64,000 bases of DNA from the NCBI GenBank assembly GCA_963728565.1, contig CAVSLC010000016.1, positions 1 through 64,000 on the forward strand. Direction: 5' to 3'. The position numbers and the translations under genes are program-made. How positions within the stretch are numbered: the stretch's first letter is position 1; each line of letters begins with the position of its first letter. The notes beneath the pieces were generated by a model that was given only the letters and a program-made list of their open reading frames with translations, did not search any database and had not been told where the DNA came from. Below are positions 50,172 to 59,866 of this stretch, piece after piece. The DNA is from an uncultured delta proteobacterium (GTDB taxonomy: Bacteria; Desulfobacterota; Binatia; UBA9968).

Positions 50172-51266
50172 ATGAACCCGCCACGTAACCTTGAAGAGAT
50201 CAAGAATGACATTCGCGCTCGCCTGGGTCAGCGCGCACCGTTTCTTCATGCCGACAAAGCCGAAGCTGAAGAAGCCCTCGCCAAGATGACCTCGGTGCAG
50301 GGCGAGACATGGGCGCGGGCGTGGAATGAATTGGGCGCGCGCTGGGAAGAGAAAGCAAGGGCGTCCGAGAGCGCCGGCAACAAGCAAGAAGCCAGGGAAA
50401 GCTATCTAAAGTCGTACGGCTACTACGGCATTGCGCGCCACCCCTTTCCCAGCACTCCCGGTAAACACCACGGCTATGTAAAAACTCGCGAAATGTTTCT
50501 CGCTGCTTCGAAATATTTCGAGATCCCGATCGAACGTGTGTCCATTCCATTTCAGAGCAAACAAATCATCGGTCATCTGCGGCTGCCCAAAAAAGTGCCC
50601 GCTCCACTGATTATGCACTGGGGCGGCATCGACAACTGGAAGGAGGAACGCCATTCCTTTGCCGAATCTTTTGTAAAAGAGGGTTGGGGCTGTTTCGTAA
50701 TGGATAGTCCGGGAACGGGCGAATGCCCGGTGCTTGCCGGACCCGAGGCGCACCAGGTTCACACGACCGCGTTGGAATACCTGAGAAAAAGACCGGAGGT
50801 GGATACAACTCGCATTGCTGTCGTCGGTGCCAGCTTCGGCGGTCACTGGTCAACCAAACTGGCCCATCTCGCGCCCGACAAATTGCGAGCGGCGGTCAAT
50901 TGGGGCGGAGGTATTCATTACTTCTTCCAGCCTGAGTGGCAAGAACGATCACGCAACGCCGACTCCTATCTGTTCGATCTAATCGAAGCACGCGCCAATC
51001 TTTTCGGCAAAAAGAGCTTCGACGAACTCTGCCAAGTTATGCCGGCGCTATCGCTGCTCGATCAAGGCTGGTTGGACAAGCCCTGCGCGCCGTTGCTGAT
51101 CGTTAACGGTAAAGAAGACAAACAGGTGCCGCTTGAGGATTTTTACCTGCTCTTGGAGCATGGCGATCCGAAGACCATTCGCCTATTTCCCGGCGGCCAC
51201 ATGGGCGCTATTCCGAACATCTTTAAAACTGTCATCACCTGGCTGCACCAAAGATTGGACGGCTGA
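50172..51266 (+). CDS. Alpha/beta hydrolase (FrsA / DHPON-hydrolase-like)
   Basis: 'GGID..KEE', 'DSPGTGE', nucleophile elbow 'GASFGG', 'NGKED', 'GGHMG'. Confidence 0.85.
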   Translation: MNPPRNLEEIKNDIRARLGQRAPFLHADKAEAEEALAKMTSVQGETWARAWNELGARWEEKARASESAGNKQEARESYLKSYGYYGIARHPFPSTPGKHHGYVKTREMFLAASKYFEIPIERVSIPFQSKQIIGHLRLPKKVPAPLIMHWGGIDNWKEERHSFAESFVKEGWGCFVMDSPGTGECPVLAGPEAHQVHTTALEYLRKRPEVDTTRIAVVGASFGGHWSTKLAHLAPDKLRAAVNWGGGIHYFFQPEWQERSRNADSYLFDLIEARANLFGKKSFDELCQVMPALSLLDQGWLDKPCAPLLIVNGKEDKQVPLEDFYLLLEHGDPKTIRLFPGGHMGAIPNIFKTVITWLHQRLDG

Positions 51267-51267
51267 T

Positions 51268-51522
51268 ATGAGTCTCTATCAGCTACAAAAACTCATCTAT
51301 GACGTAAACCGAAACCCGGAGCGGCGCGACGCCTACCGAGCCGACAAAGCCGGATTTCTCGCTCGCTACGAACTGACTCCCGGGGAGCAAGCGGCCATAG
51401 CGGACCTGGATGTGCGCCAGCTCTATAGCTACGGCGTTCATCCGCTGTTGCTGCGCCCGTTCACGTTACTGCACCGAGTGTCTAACGAAGATTACGCCAA
51501 GGCATTGGCTGGATTGGAGTAA
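51268..51522 (+). CDS. LigA-like small subunit of an extradiol dioxygenase
   Basis: ATG 51268: MSLYQLQKLIYDVNRNP...YELTPGE..AI...D...LY..GVHPLLL; directly upstream of the LigB-like gene. Confidence 0.8.
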   Translation: MSLYQLQKLIYDVNRNPERRDAYRADKAGFLARYELTPGEQAAIADLDVRQLYSYGVHPLLLRPFTLLHRVSNEDYAKALAGLE

Positions 51523-51525
51523 ACT

Positions 51526-52341
51526 ATGCCGATCGTATTTGCCTGCGCCGCGAGTCATGCCCCAGGAATGACTGCCTGGACCGAAGCCGCGCCCCAAGAG
51601 CAAAGGGATAAAATTCTCGGCAGCTATCACAAGCTCGGTGACATGCTGGCGGCTTCGAAGCCGGATGTTCTGGTCGTGGTCAGTGTCGAACATTGGGCGA
51701 ATTTTTTCTTGAACCAGATGCCGACATTCTGCATCGGCCGCGCCCAATACTATGATGGGCCGGTGGAAGAATGGCTGAGAATCTCCAAGACGCGGGTGCC
51801 CGGCGATCCAGCTTTGGGCGCGCAGCTGCTAGACGCATGTCTCGACAGCGGCTTTGATCCGGCATTTTCCGATGAACTATTGTTCGACCACGCGACGATG
51901 TTGCCGCTGCATTTTCTAAATCCTGGCATGACCGTGCCGGTTGTCCCGCTGATTATCAACACCTTGACGACGCCGATGCCCTCACCCAAGCGCTGTTTCG
52001 AATTAGGCCGGGTGCTCGGGAAAGCGCTGGAGCAACAACCGAGACGAATTGCATTGATTGCCACGGGCGGCCTCTCCCACTGGCCCGGGGAAGCGAAGAT
52101 GGGCAAGATCAATGTAGCTTTTGACGAGCAATTTCTCGAAACCTTAGTTAACGGCAAGCGCGCCCGTCTGACCGAATACTCCCATTCAGGGATCGACAAA
52201 GAGGCCGGTTCCGGCGGTCACGAAATTAGGACCTGGATCGCCGTGGCAGGCGCGGTGGAGGACTGGCGGGCGAGCTTGCTCGCCTACGAGCCGGTTCACC
52301 CGTGGGCGACCGGCTGCGGCTTGATGGCATTTAACCCATAG
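51526..52341 (+). CDS. LigB/MhpB-type (class III) extradiol ring-cleavage dioxygenase
   Basis: 'ASHAP', 'EHWANF', 'FDHAT..PL', 'ATGGLSHWPG', 'GHEIRTW'. Confidence 0.9.
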   Translation: MPIVFACAASHAPGMTAWTEAAPQEQRDKILGSYHKLGDMLAASKPDVLVVVSVEHWANFFLNQMPTFCIGRAQYYDGPVEEWLRISKTRVPGDPALGAQLLDACLDSGFDPAFSDELLFDHATMLPLHFLNPGMTVPVVPLIINTLTTPMPSPKRCFELGRVLGKALEQQPRRIALIATGGLSHWPGEAKMGKINVAFDEQFLETLVNGKRARLTEYSHSGIDKEAGSGGHEIRTWIAVAGAVEDWRASLLAYEPVHPWATGCGLMAFNP

Positions 52342-52549
52342 GCAACCGGGTCCGTGCCGCCGGGCGAGCGGAGCTGAGCGAGCTCGTGCCTTGAATTCAG
52401 GATCCGAATGGCTTGCTTGGGCATGACCAAGAAGTCGTTGAGGCTGTGCGGTTGCGCGTTAGCCTCTCCGAGTACGCCATCGGTAGAATGTGACTAAAGC
52501 GTGCTCGTGCGAATTACCTCGTGCCTGATGCCTCGTGTTGGAGAAGCAC

Positions 52550-53548
52550 ATGTCGCTTAAATTCAGCCTCCATAGTCTTCACGGTGGCGTAAAAAGCATC
52601 GATGAAATTCATAAGCGCGCGCAACGCGCCGAAGAACTAGGCTACGACGGAATCTTTCTCGGCGAAAGTCATTTGAGCTCCATCGATTCCTTCCAGACCT
52701 TGGCCAGCTGCGCGATGCTGACCCAACGCGTTCTTCTAGGCATTGCCGTAACCAACATGGTATTTCGCCATCCAACGGTGCTTGCCGGCGCGGCGGCATC
52801 GCTGAATGAGATATCCAAGGGACGTGCGATTCTCGGGCTGGGCACCGGCGATGGACCGGTTTACACGCAAGGATTGAAAGCTACCCCGATGAAGCAGTTT
52901 GAAGAAGGCGTGAAACTGATCCGCGATCTCGTGCGAGGAAATTCCGCCCGGTTCCCCACCGGTGAGTTCGGCATCAGCTTTACCATCAAAGAGCCGGCGC
53001 CGATTTATGTTTCAGCCGAGGGTCCCAAAGGACTGCAACTCGCCGGCCGCTGCGCCGATGGCGTGATTCTCGGCACTGGGTTCGATTTGCGCGTGTTTGA
53101 CTGGGCAAAAAATAAAATTCGTGAAGGAACTGGATCGGCGGGGCGCGACGCCAAAGAGGTTGCGATGATTGCCGCGGGCATGCTCTGCGTGTGCGACGAC
53201 GGCAAGGAGGCCCGTCGCATAGTGCGCAATCGCATCGCCAACCGCGCCCATCATAATTTCCGCTTTACCCTGGAAACGGTTCCAGCGGAAGAGCTGAACG
53301 GTGTTCAGAAATTCATGGCGGGCTTTGACGTCATGAAGCCGATGGAAGACCGGGTCGATCCCGATCTGGTCAACGATTATCTAGTTCGGCGCTTTTCAAT
53401 TGCCGGCACGCCGGGAGAATGCATCGCGCGCATTGAAGAGTTAAAAGCGGCGGGCGTCGAGCATCTCATGCTCACCCCCGCCCGAAAGGTTTACCACGAG
53501 AGCGTCGAAGCCTTTGCCAACAAAGTCATGCCGCACTTCAGAAATTAA
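52550..53548 (+). CDS. LLM-class oxidoreductase (Mer-like)
   Basis: 'AEELGYD', 'RHPTVLA', 'GRAILGLGTGD', 'GPKGLQLAG..ADGVI'. Confidence 0.85.
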   Translation: MSLKFSLHSLHGGVKSIDEIHKRAQRAEELGYDGIFLGESHLSSIDSFQTLASCAMLTQRVLLGIAVTNMVFRHPTVLAGAAASLNEISKGRAILGLGTGDGPVYTQGLKATPMKQFEEGVKLIRDLVRGNSARFPTGEFGISFTIKEPAPIYVSAEGPKGLQLAGRCADGVILGTGFDLRVFDWAKNKIREGTGSAGRDAKEVAMIAAGMLCVCDDGKEARRIVRNRIANRAHHNFRFTLETVPAEELNGVQKFMAGFDVMKPMEDRVDPDLVNDYLVRRFSIAGTPGECIARIEELKAAGVEHLMLTPARKVYHESVEAFANKVMPHFRN

Positions 53549-53567
53549 GTGCGCGTTCCGCGCGCTT

Positions 53568-53712
53568 AAGGTTCAACAGTTCAATTGTTCAACCGTTCAA
53601 GGACAGACTGTTAAGTTCAAGTACAATGGCGCAGGTGAAGGGCGTTGCCGGGACGATGATCCCCGAGTTAGTCGGTCTGACGTTGAACTATTGAACCGTT
53701 GAACCTTTGAAC
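53568..53712. repeat. Inverted array of 8-bp repeats: 4x GTTCAAnn facing 4x TTGAACnn
   Basis: GTTCAA at 53571, 53579, 53587, 53595; TTGAAC at 53683, 53691, 53699, 53707; arms 53568-53594 and 53681-53707 match 24/27 as an inverted repeat. Confidence 0.85.
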
Positions 53713-53726
53713 GGGTGTTATGCAGC

Positions 53727-54554
53727 TCATGAGGTGACTTCCCACCAGTTCTTGCTGATGTCGCTGAAGATAAAATGGGTCCGTCCGTTTTCTTCCAAGT
53801 CCCAAAGCTCGTTGATGCCGATCGCTTTACCTCTGTTCGAAAATTCTTTGTGCGCGTCGGCAACTTCTTCGGCCGACGCAAGTTTCAAGGTAAACCGGTT
53901 GGCTGCGGTCAGATATTCACGGCGCGTGGTCGGTAACACAACGATGTACCACGGCGTGCTTGGATGGCTGATGTAGGTAGAGGTGCGGCCGCCGCCGATG
54001 ATCTCCAGTCCGAGAACTTCTTTGACAAAGCGATCATTGACCTCCTTATCATCGCAATTCAAAGTCCCATGAGTCATCGCCTGCGGCACGTAGCCCTTTC
54101 CGGGAAATTTCTCTTCCGGCAGCGGGTCAGTCCAATGCGGCGCGGCGATTTTACGGCCCTGCTTGACCGCCGCCGGATTGTAGTACTCGATTTCGAGATC
54201 ATTACCGCCCGGCTCTTTGAAATAAACCGAATAGGCGAAATGAGCTTCATGAGGCTTGGTCACGCTTTTGATTTTGTACTGGTCTTTGTGGTCGGTGAGG
54301 TATTCGTAGGCCTTGGGAATTTCCCTTGAGCTTGAAACCCGAAATCCGTAATGGTTGGTGTGCGGTTTGTTGGCCGCGTTAGGTCCGCCCTCATGGACAA
54401 CCAGATGCCACGCCGTATTCGGATGCTTCAATACCGCTCCGTCGTCTTTGCGCTCGACGACTTCGAGAGCTAGCAGGTCGGTAAAAATCGGCAGCGTTTC
54501 ATCCAACGAGCGGCACTCATAGTGTCCTTCCGTCAATCCGATGGGTTTCAACAT
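53727..54554 (-). CDS. Two-domain VOC/glyoxalase-family protein
   Basis: 'GHYEC', 'NHYGF', 'SVYFKEPGGNDLEIE'; second module 'THGTL...FIFSDISKNWWEV'. Confidence 0.8.
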   Translation of the reverse strand: MLKPIGLTEGHYECRSLDETLPIFTDLLALEVVERKDDGAVLKHPNTAWHLVVHEGGPNAANKPHTNHYGFRVSSSREIPKAYEYLTDHKDQYKIKSVTKPHEAHFAYSVYFKEPGGNDLEIEYYNPAAVKQGRKIAAPHWTDPLPEEKFPGKGYVPQAMTHGTLNCDDKEVNDRFVKEVLGLEIIGGGRTSTYISHPSTPWYIVVLPTTRREYLTAANRFTLKLASAEEVADAHKEFSNRGKAIGINELWDLEENGRTHFIFSDISKNWWEVTS

Positions 54555-54631
54555 GGCTTTCTCCTGGTGGTGGCAAACTTGTGCTTTATTTTAACGAATT
54601 CTTATCAAAACCATAGTCCCGGGCACATCAG

Positions 54632-55723
54632 CTACGGTGCTATGGCCGGCATACGAACTTCCGCGCCCGACTTGGCGCATTCCGCTTCGAAGATTTTGCG
54701 GATCATCGGATCCTCATCCTCATACTCGATCTGCCAACCGCCGAACGCCAGCGGCACATCGGACTGAATTTTTCCCGGCTGAAGCTTGTATTTTCGGCTG
54801 AGGATTTTGAGAGCTAGATATCGCGCCGGCTCCGCGCTGGAATTGAAATGTTGATGAAACCAGCCTTCAGGCGGCACGACGATGGAACCTGGCTTCCAAT
54901 CGACTCGGGTCATCTCTTTGCCTTCCGGCCATAGTAACGAGTAGCCTCTCCCGGTGAGAATAAACACATGCGCCCCCGGCCCATGACGATGGGCCTTCTT
55001 GTAAATGCCCACCGGAAAGCGCGAAACGTGCGAACCCATCATGCTGTCCGACATCTCGAAGAAGATCGTTGCATTACCCTTGCCGCGTTCGGTCCAGGCC
55101 ACCGGTTCGATATTGATGGTATCGGCAACGAAATTCGTCTCGACGACTCGGTCGCTGTAGAGCGTGCCCTTGCCGCCGAAAAATCCCTCTTCGCCCTTGA
55201 ACCGGTCGGTGAATGAATAGGGATTGTTGATAACAAAGTCTTCGCAGTGAAACAAATTGAAAACCAGCGGCGCCGTGGTCACCGCTAGCAACCGCGCCTC
55301 GCGGTCACCCTGGCCGTTGAAATGCTGGTACCAGGCATTTAACGGAATCGCGAAAAGACTGCCGGTCTGCCATTCGAAACTTTGCTTGCTGCCATTGGTC
55401 TGCCAAACCGTCGTCGCCCCCCGGCCATCGAGAACGTAAATCAGCGCTTCGTATATGTGTCTCTGCGGATTGAGGCTCTTACCGGGCGGGATGCCGCAAA
55501 CATAGGCATCGTCGAGATAGCCGGTGCCGTCAAGCATGATATAAACCCCGTTGCCGCCGATGCGGTCCCACCATTTAAGCGGGATCGTATAGAGATCCTC
55601 CACGAAGAACCCTCTGATCACATCGATTCCCTGCGACGCAATCCAGCGGTCATAAGGGGTGTCCATCACCTCCGCTTTACGGTCTACTTTCTCGTATGAA
55701 GCCTTCTGGGAATCTCCCCTCAT
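54632..55723 (-). CDS. Bicupin protein (gentisate-dioxygenase-like fold)
   Basis: 'QRHIYE...GRGATTVW...QHFN' and 'AHRHGPGAH...HQHFN'; RBS AGGAGG. Confidence 0.8.
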   Translation of the reverse strand: MRGDSQKASYEKVDRKAEVMDTPYDRWIASQGIDVIRGFFVEDLYTIPLKWWDRIGGNGVYIMLDGTGYLDDAYVCGIPPGKSLNPQRHIYEALIYVLDGRGATTVWQTNGSKQSFEWQTGSLFAIPLNAWYQHFNGQGDREARLLAVTTAPLVFNLFHCEDFVINNPYSFTDRFKGEEGFFGGKGTLYSDRVVETNFVADTINIEPVAWTERGKGNATIFFEMSDSMMGSHVSRFPVGIYKKAHRHGPGAHVFILTGRGYSLLWPEGKEMTRVDWKPGSIVVPPEGWFHQHFNSSAEPARYLALKILSRKYKLQPGKIQSDVPLAFGGWQIEYEDEDPMIRKIFEAECAKSGAEVRMPAIAP

Positions 55724-55904
55724 CTGATAGCCTCCTTGGCCTATTTAATGTTCTTTATCCTAGTTCTCCACGATCCATCAAGCCAAGCAGAGCATACCAT
55801 GACAAGCCAATGTAAAGTTGCAATGCGGTTGACATCGGCAGCCGCTCGCAAGATAGGTAAGGGTCGAGATCACAACGAACAATCTGCCAGTTAGGGAGGA
55901 ATGA

Positions 55905-57170
55905 ATGAGCCAGGACGCAATCAACAGGCTGGTTGCCGCGCTAAAGCACGGTACCGGCTTGCTCGACGACTTTATCTACTACATGACCTTTGATGACTAT
56001 AAAACACTCCCCGATCCGTTCGCGCGCACGGAGTTTACCGTCCAAGAAGTGCAACAAACGATTCATCGTTACGCCAATCCGGAGAAATCGGCAGAGCTGT
56101 TTCAGTGGGACATCCATGGTCGGCTGTTCAAGCCGGTCAAAGCATCGATCGGTAACATCGCCGTGGTCATGATTCACGGCGGCGCGGCCAACGAGTACGA
56201 GTTTATCTTTACCCCGGATGGTCCTGAAGAGTATCCGGATCTGACTAGGACCGATCCGGCTGGAGCACGGGTAGGCGTTGCCCAGCATATTGCTTCTCTC
56301 GGTATCCCGGTGCTGGCGGTCTCGCTGCCCGGCCATTACAGCCGCAAACCTTGGCTGCCCATCGCCGAGCGCCGGCCCGAGTTTGTCATCGGTGAAACTC
56401 CAGGCGACACGGAGCTTAGAAACCGGCTGGCCGTTTATACTTTTCGCATGTGCACCGAGGCGATCAGGACACTGGTCGAGCGAAGTTTGCCCGATCAAGA
56501 TATTTTCATGTGGGGGCATTCCACAGGCGGCGAATATTTTTATCTGATGGAACAGTACGGATTGAAAAACAGACTGATCGGGGGCTTGGGGTTCGGCACC
56601 GGCATGCCGGCCTGGGTGCGCAAGGAATGGGATCTCGCGTGCGCCACGAAATCTGCCGAAGAACGCGCCGCGCCGTTTCGCAATCTCACCGATCTCAGTC
56701 GCCGCTCTCCCAAAGGTTACATCAAGAGCGGTTATGTCGGGCCGAATCAGCCCTGGGGCAGCGCCGAGAATTGGTTCGAGTTGGAGAACCATCGCCGGCC
56801 GCAATTCAAACCGTTTTTACAAGATATCGAGCACAGCGCTCACGATATCTTGATGCCCGAGATTCGCAGGATCTCCGGCCTGCCGGATGAGGAACTATTC
56901 ATCACTTACAAATCCGATTTAAATCGCCTACGCGGCAAGAAAATGCTCCACATCGTCGGCGAATACGATAAAGGTCACTGGATCGAGGGCGGCGAAAAAG
57001 GGTTGGAGTTTCGCCGGGAGGTTTATGCCTTCAAACGTTTCGCTCCGTACGCCGTCGGGCTGCGGCTGGTTCACATTCCGAACCTCACGCACTACGGGCA
57101 CGTTGAAAGTCACAACGAGAGATTGGCAAATATCATGGTGACCGGCTTCAAGGAATACTTTCTGGACTAG
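55905..57170 (+). CDS. Uncharacterised alpha/beta-hydrolase-fold protein
   Basis: 'IHGG', 'SLPGH', 'WGHSTGG', 'GEYD', 'THYGH'; RBS GGAGGA. Confidence 0.7.
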   Translation: MSQDAINRLVAALKHGTGLLDDFIYYMTFDDYKTLPDPFARTEFTVQEVQQTIHRYANPEKSAELFQWDIHGRLFKPVKASIGNIAVVMIHGGAANEYEFIFTPDGPEEYPDLTRTDPAGARVGVAQHIASLGIPVLAVSLPGHYSRKPWLPIAERRPEFVIGETPGDTELRNRLAVYTFRMCTEAIRTLVERSLPDQDIFMWGHSTGGEYFYLMEQYGLKNRLIGGLGFGTGMPAWVRKEWDLACATKSAEERAAPFRNLTDLSRRSPKGYIKSGYVGPNQPWGSAENWFELENHRRPQFKPFLQDIEHSAHDILMPEIRRISGLPDEELFITYKSDLNRLRGKKMLHIVGEYDKGHWIEGGEKGLEFRREVYAFKRFAPYAVGLRLVHIPNLTHYGHVESHNERLANIMVTGFKEYFLD

Positions 57171-57204
57171 CGGAAGCTGCCGTGCGGGATAGCAAACGGA
57201 CCAT

Positions 57205-57248
57205 CAGCCAAGCCCCGGCGCGATCTTCGATGCTCCGGGGCTTGGCTG
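57205..57248. terminator. Hairpin between convergent genes (possible bidirectional terminator)
   Basis: CAGCCAAGCCCCGG...CCGGGGCTTGGCTG, 14-bp perfect stem. Confidence 0.7.
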
Positions 57249-57277
57249 TCATTGTTCTTGGTTACCGATGATAGCCG

Positions 57278-57652
57278 TTATGATTGAAGCGGCCATCGAT
57301 TCTGGTCACGTCGATCAAATCTGTGATCGATACGATTACCTCGGCGATCCCAATAAGCCTCGATCCGGTCGCCTTTCTTGTCGAGATGCCGCTCGATGCG
57401 GTCGCCTTTTCGATCGAATCGTTCAGCTAATTTGTACTTGCCATCCGCTCTGGCCCTTGCCGCTCTTGCGTCTAACCTATCGTTGATCCTATCGCCTCTG
57501 GCATCGAGATGCTGATTGATACGCGCTCCTCGCGCGTCCAGCCGTTGGTTGATCCGATCGCCGCGGCGGTCATAAGAGCGATCATCAGCCGAAGCCGTTA
57601 CCGCGCTGCCAAGGACTAAAACGCTCAGGCCGATCACAATTGATTTTTTCAT
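57278..57652 (-). CDS. Secreted protein with 11-residue D(R/A/K)(R/K)GDRI repeats
   Basis: Signal peptide 'MKKSIVIGLSVLVLGSAVTASA'; about six 11-mer repeats; RBS AAGGAA. Confidence 0.8.
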   Translation of the reverse strand: MKKSIVIGLSVLVLGSAVTASADDRSYDRRGDRINQRLDARGARINQHLDARGDRINDRLDARAARARADGKYKLAERFDRKGDRIERHLDKKGDRIEAYWDRRGNRIDHRFDRRDQNRWPLQS

Positions 57653-57857
57653 GTTGTTCCTTTCTAGATTGACGTGTCTTCAGAGAGTTGGACGCCTCAG
57701 CGCAGCAAAGGTTTACAGTTGCCGGGCTGAGAGAAAGCGCTGCCTATGCGAGCTCTGGAAATGCCCGATCCTAAGTTGACCGCCCGGTCCACCACAGCTT
57801 CAATTACTTGACAGAAGAGGGTAATCTAACTTAGAGATTGCTCACGAGCACCCACAA

Positions 57858-58904
57858 ATGGATAGAGACAATCGGATAAATTTTCTTGTTTATTTACGAT
57901 ATCTATTCGGCCGATTCTGGCTGGTCATTATCTTTCTAAGCCTCTCAACAACTTCCAATGCAGAGCCTTTACGGATCGCCTATACGTCCATTGCCGTGGT
58001 TTACGGCCCGCTCTGGATCACCCAAGAGGCGGGAATCTTCAAAAAGTACGGCATCGATCCGGAATTCATCTACATCGCCGGCGGGCCGCCGTCGTTGCAA
58101 GCCTTGATCGCAGGCGATGTCGCCCTCTCCTTCACCGCTGCCGGTGCCACCGTGGCGGCCAATCTCTCGGGCTCTGATGTCGTGCTGCTCGGCGCCAGCA
58201 TTGATTCCCTACCTTTCGAACTCTGGTCGATTCCCCGCATCAAGCAGCCGGCCCAACTCAGAGGCACAAAGCTTGGGGTCAGCCGCATCGGCGCGACCAC
58301 GGATTTTGTGGCGCGCTATCTGCTGAAGAAATGGGGCATGCAAGCCGACAAAGACGTCGGCATTTTTCAAGCCGGTTCTGGGCCGCAAGTCTTTGCCGCT
58401 CTGAAGAGCGGCTCGGTTCAGAGCGGCGTGCTTTCGATCGGTCCCGAGACACTGCGGGCCGAGAGCGAAGGATACATTCGTCTGGCCGATGTTCCATCTG
58501 AATTGGTTTATCCGTTTGGGCCCTTCGCCGCGCGCCAGTCGTTTCTGAAGAAAGAACCCGATCTGGTCACGCGCTTTATGAAGGCTTACGTGGAGGGGAT
58601 TCATCGATTTAAAACCGATAAAAGAACCGCGCTGACGACACTGGAGAAATATACCAAGCAAAAGACCACTCCTGCCGTCGAGAAAATTTACCAAGTCTAC
58701 GCGACGAAACATTTCAAGAGAGTCCCGGAAGCTACGCAGGCGGGAGTTCAAACGATCTTAGACGAGCTCGCTGCTACACGGCCGATACCGCCCCGGATTG
58801 AGCCCGAGAGGTTCGTGGAATCGAAATTCGTTCGTGAATTGGTCTCCAGCGGTTTCGTCGATAATCTCTATAAGGAGCGTCAGGCCGCACGCCCACCTCC
58901 GTAA
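57858..58904 (+). CDS. NMT1/THI5-like substrate-binding protein
   Basis: Signal/TM segment; 'PLWITQEAGIFKKYG', 'LRGTKLGVSRIGA'. Confidence 0.85.
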   Translation: MDRDNRINFLVYLRYLFGRFWLVIIFLSLSTTSNAEPLRIAYTSIAVVYGPLWITQEAGIFKKYGIDPEFIYIAGGPPSLQALIAGDVALSFTAAGATVAANLSGSDVVLLGASIDSLPFELWSIPRIKQPAQLRGTKLGVSRIGATTDFVARYLLKKWGMQADKDVGIFQAGSGPQVFAALKSGSVQSGVLSIGPETLRAESEGYIRLADVPSELVYPFGPFAARQSFLKKEPDLVTRFMKAYVEGIHRFKTDKRTALTTLEKYTKQKTTPAVEKIYQVYATKHFKRVPEATQAGVQTILDELAATRPIPPRIEPERFVESKFVRELVSSGFVDNLYKERQAARPPP

Positions 58905-59220
58905 AATCGACTAAAACGTGAAAACAAATCTCGCAGAGCAAATGCCTCACGACACTGGCTGGCGGCGAAGTAAACCATGGCCAAACCATCGCCGCATTAA
59001 GGCAAACAGTCCATGCATTTCAAGTCAGCAGATGGAGATAAATGAATCATCGGCAAAGTGGACACGCAGGTTTGCTCGAAGCAGATGGATCTGCTGGTGG
59101 CACTGCACGACTGTTCGATCTGGCGGTCAGGCGGCAAGCCGGTGGACGTGACGATTTACCAATCCTGACCTTTACCCGCCGCTAAGCCTAACAGTAAAGG
59201 AGACCACGACCATTTCGATT

Positions 59221-59772
59221 GTGATCGTAGCAATGCCCTACGGCTGCGCCGGTTCAAGGAATCTTTCACAAGCATCACGCATCGGCTTTGAGAAAGCCAT
59301 CGACTGGTGGCAGAAGTCGATGCAGACTTCCAAGCACAAGACCTATTTTATCGTGGCGGGTTATACCGATGATGGCGGCGAGGAACTTGCGGCCCGCAGG
59401 GAGATCATCAACAAGGCGACGATAGACCCCGAACTATTGAACAACTTAATCGAGATCAGCGCGCGCAACGAAGAGGCGCTGGCGCTGAAGATCTCGCGCG
59501 TGCGCCAACTGTTGCCGATCGAAACGATGACGGTTTTCGTTGAAGCGCGCAACGCGGTCAGCGTAAGAGCAATCTTCAAAAGAAAGTTCGGCAAAACTCT
59601 ACAAATCAGGAAATTCAAAGCGCGGTTTGAATTTAATCATCAGTGGATAACCACATCCACCTCTTTTGCCTGGTTCTCCAGGAATTGGCTGCTGCGGCTT
59701 TGGTTCGCGTTGAAAAAGCGAATGGGGCGCCGGCTGCGGAAAAAGATACGTTTTCTATTTCGATCGTATTGA
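59221..59772 (+). CDS. Hypothetical protein, possibly a divergent DUF218/YdcF (ElyC-like) fold with basic C-terminus
   Basis: Open 183-aa frame with AAGGAG upstream; start uncertain (in-frame ACG 59206, ATT 59212 or GTG 59221). Confidence 0.55.
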   Translation: MIVAMPYGCAGSRNLSQASRIGFEKAIDWWQKSMQTSKHKTYFIVAGYTDDGGEELAARREIINKATIDPELLNNLIEISARNEEALALKISRVRQLLPIETMTVFVEARNAVSVRAIFKRKFGKTLQIRKFKARFEFNHQWITTSTSFAWFSRNWLLRLWFALKKRMGRRLRKKIRFLFRSY

Positions 59773-59866
59773 TAAGGTGCGGTGCGTGTCGGAGCGAACT
59801 GTGTATTCGCCTCGGATGGAGTGCTGCAGGCTTGTGGCGCTTAACAAGCGCCACAAGCCGATTACT

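Noticed and set aside
53568-53712. CRISPR array
   Set aside because: Units are 8 bp with no spacers, and there are no cas genes.
55941-56804. Long antisense ORFs (also 34281-35003, 29741-30355, 37355-37975)
   Set aside because: Shadow frames of well-supported genes on the opposite strand.
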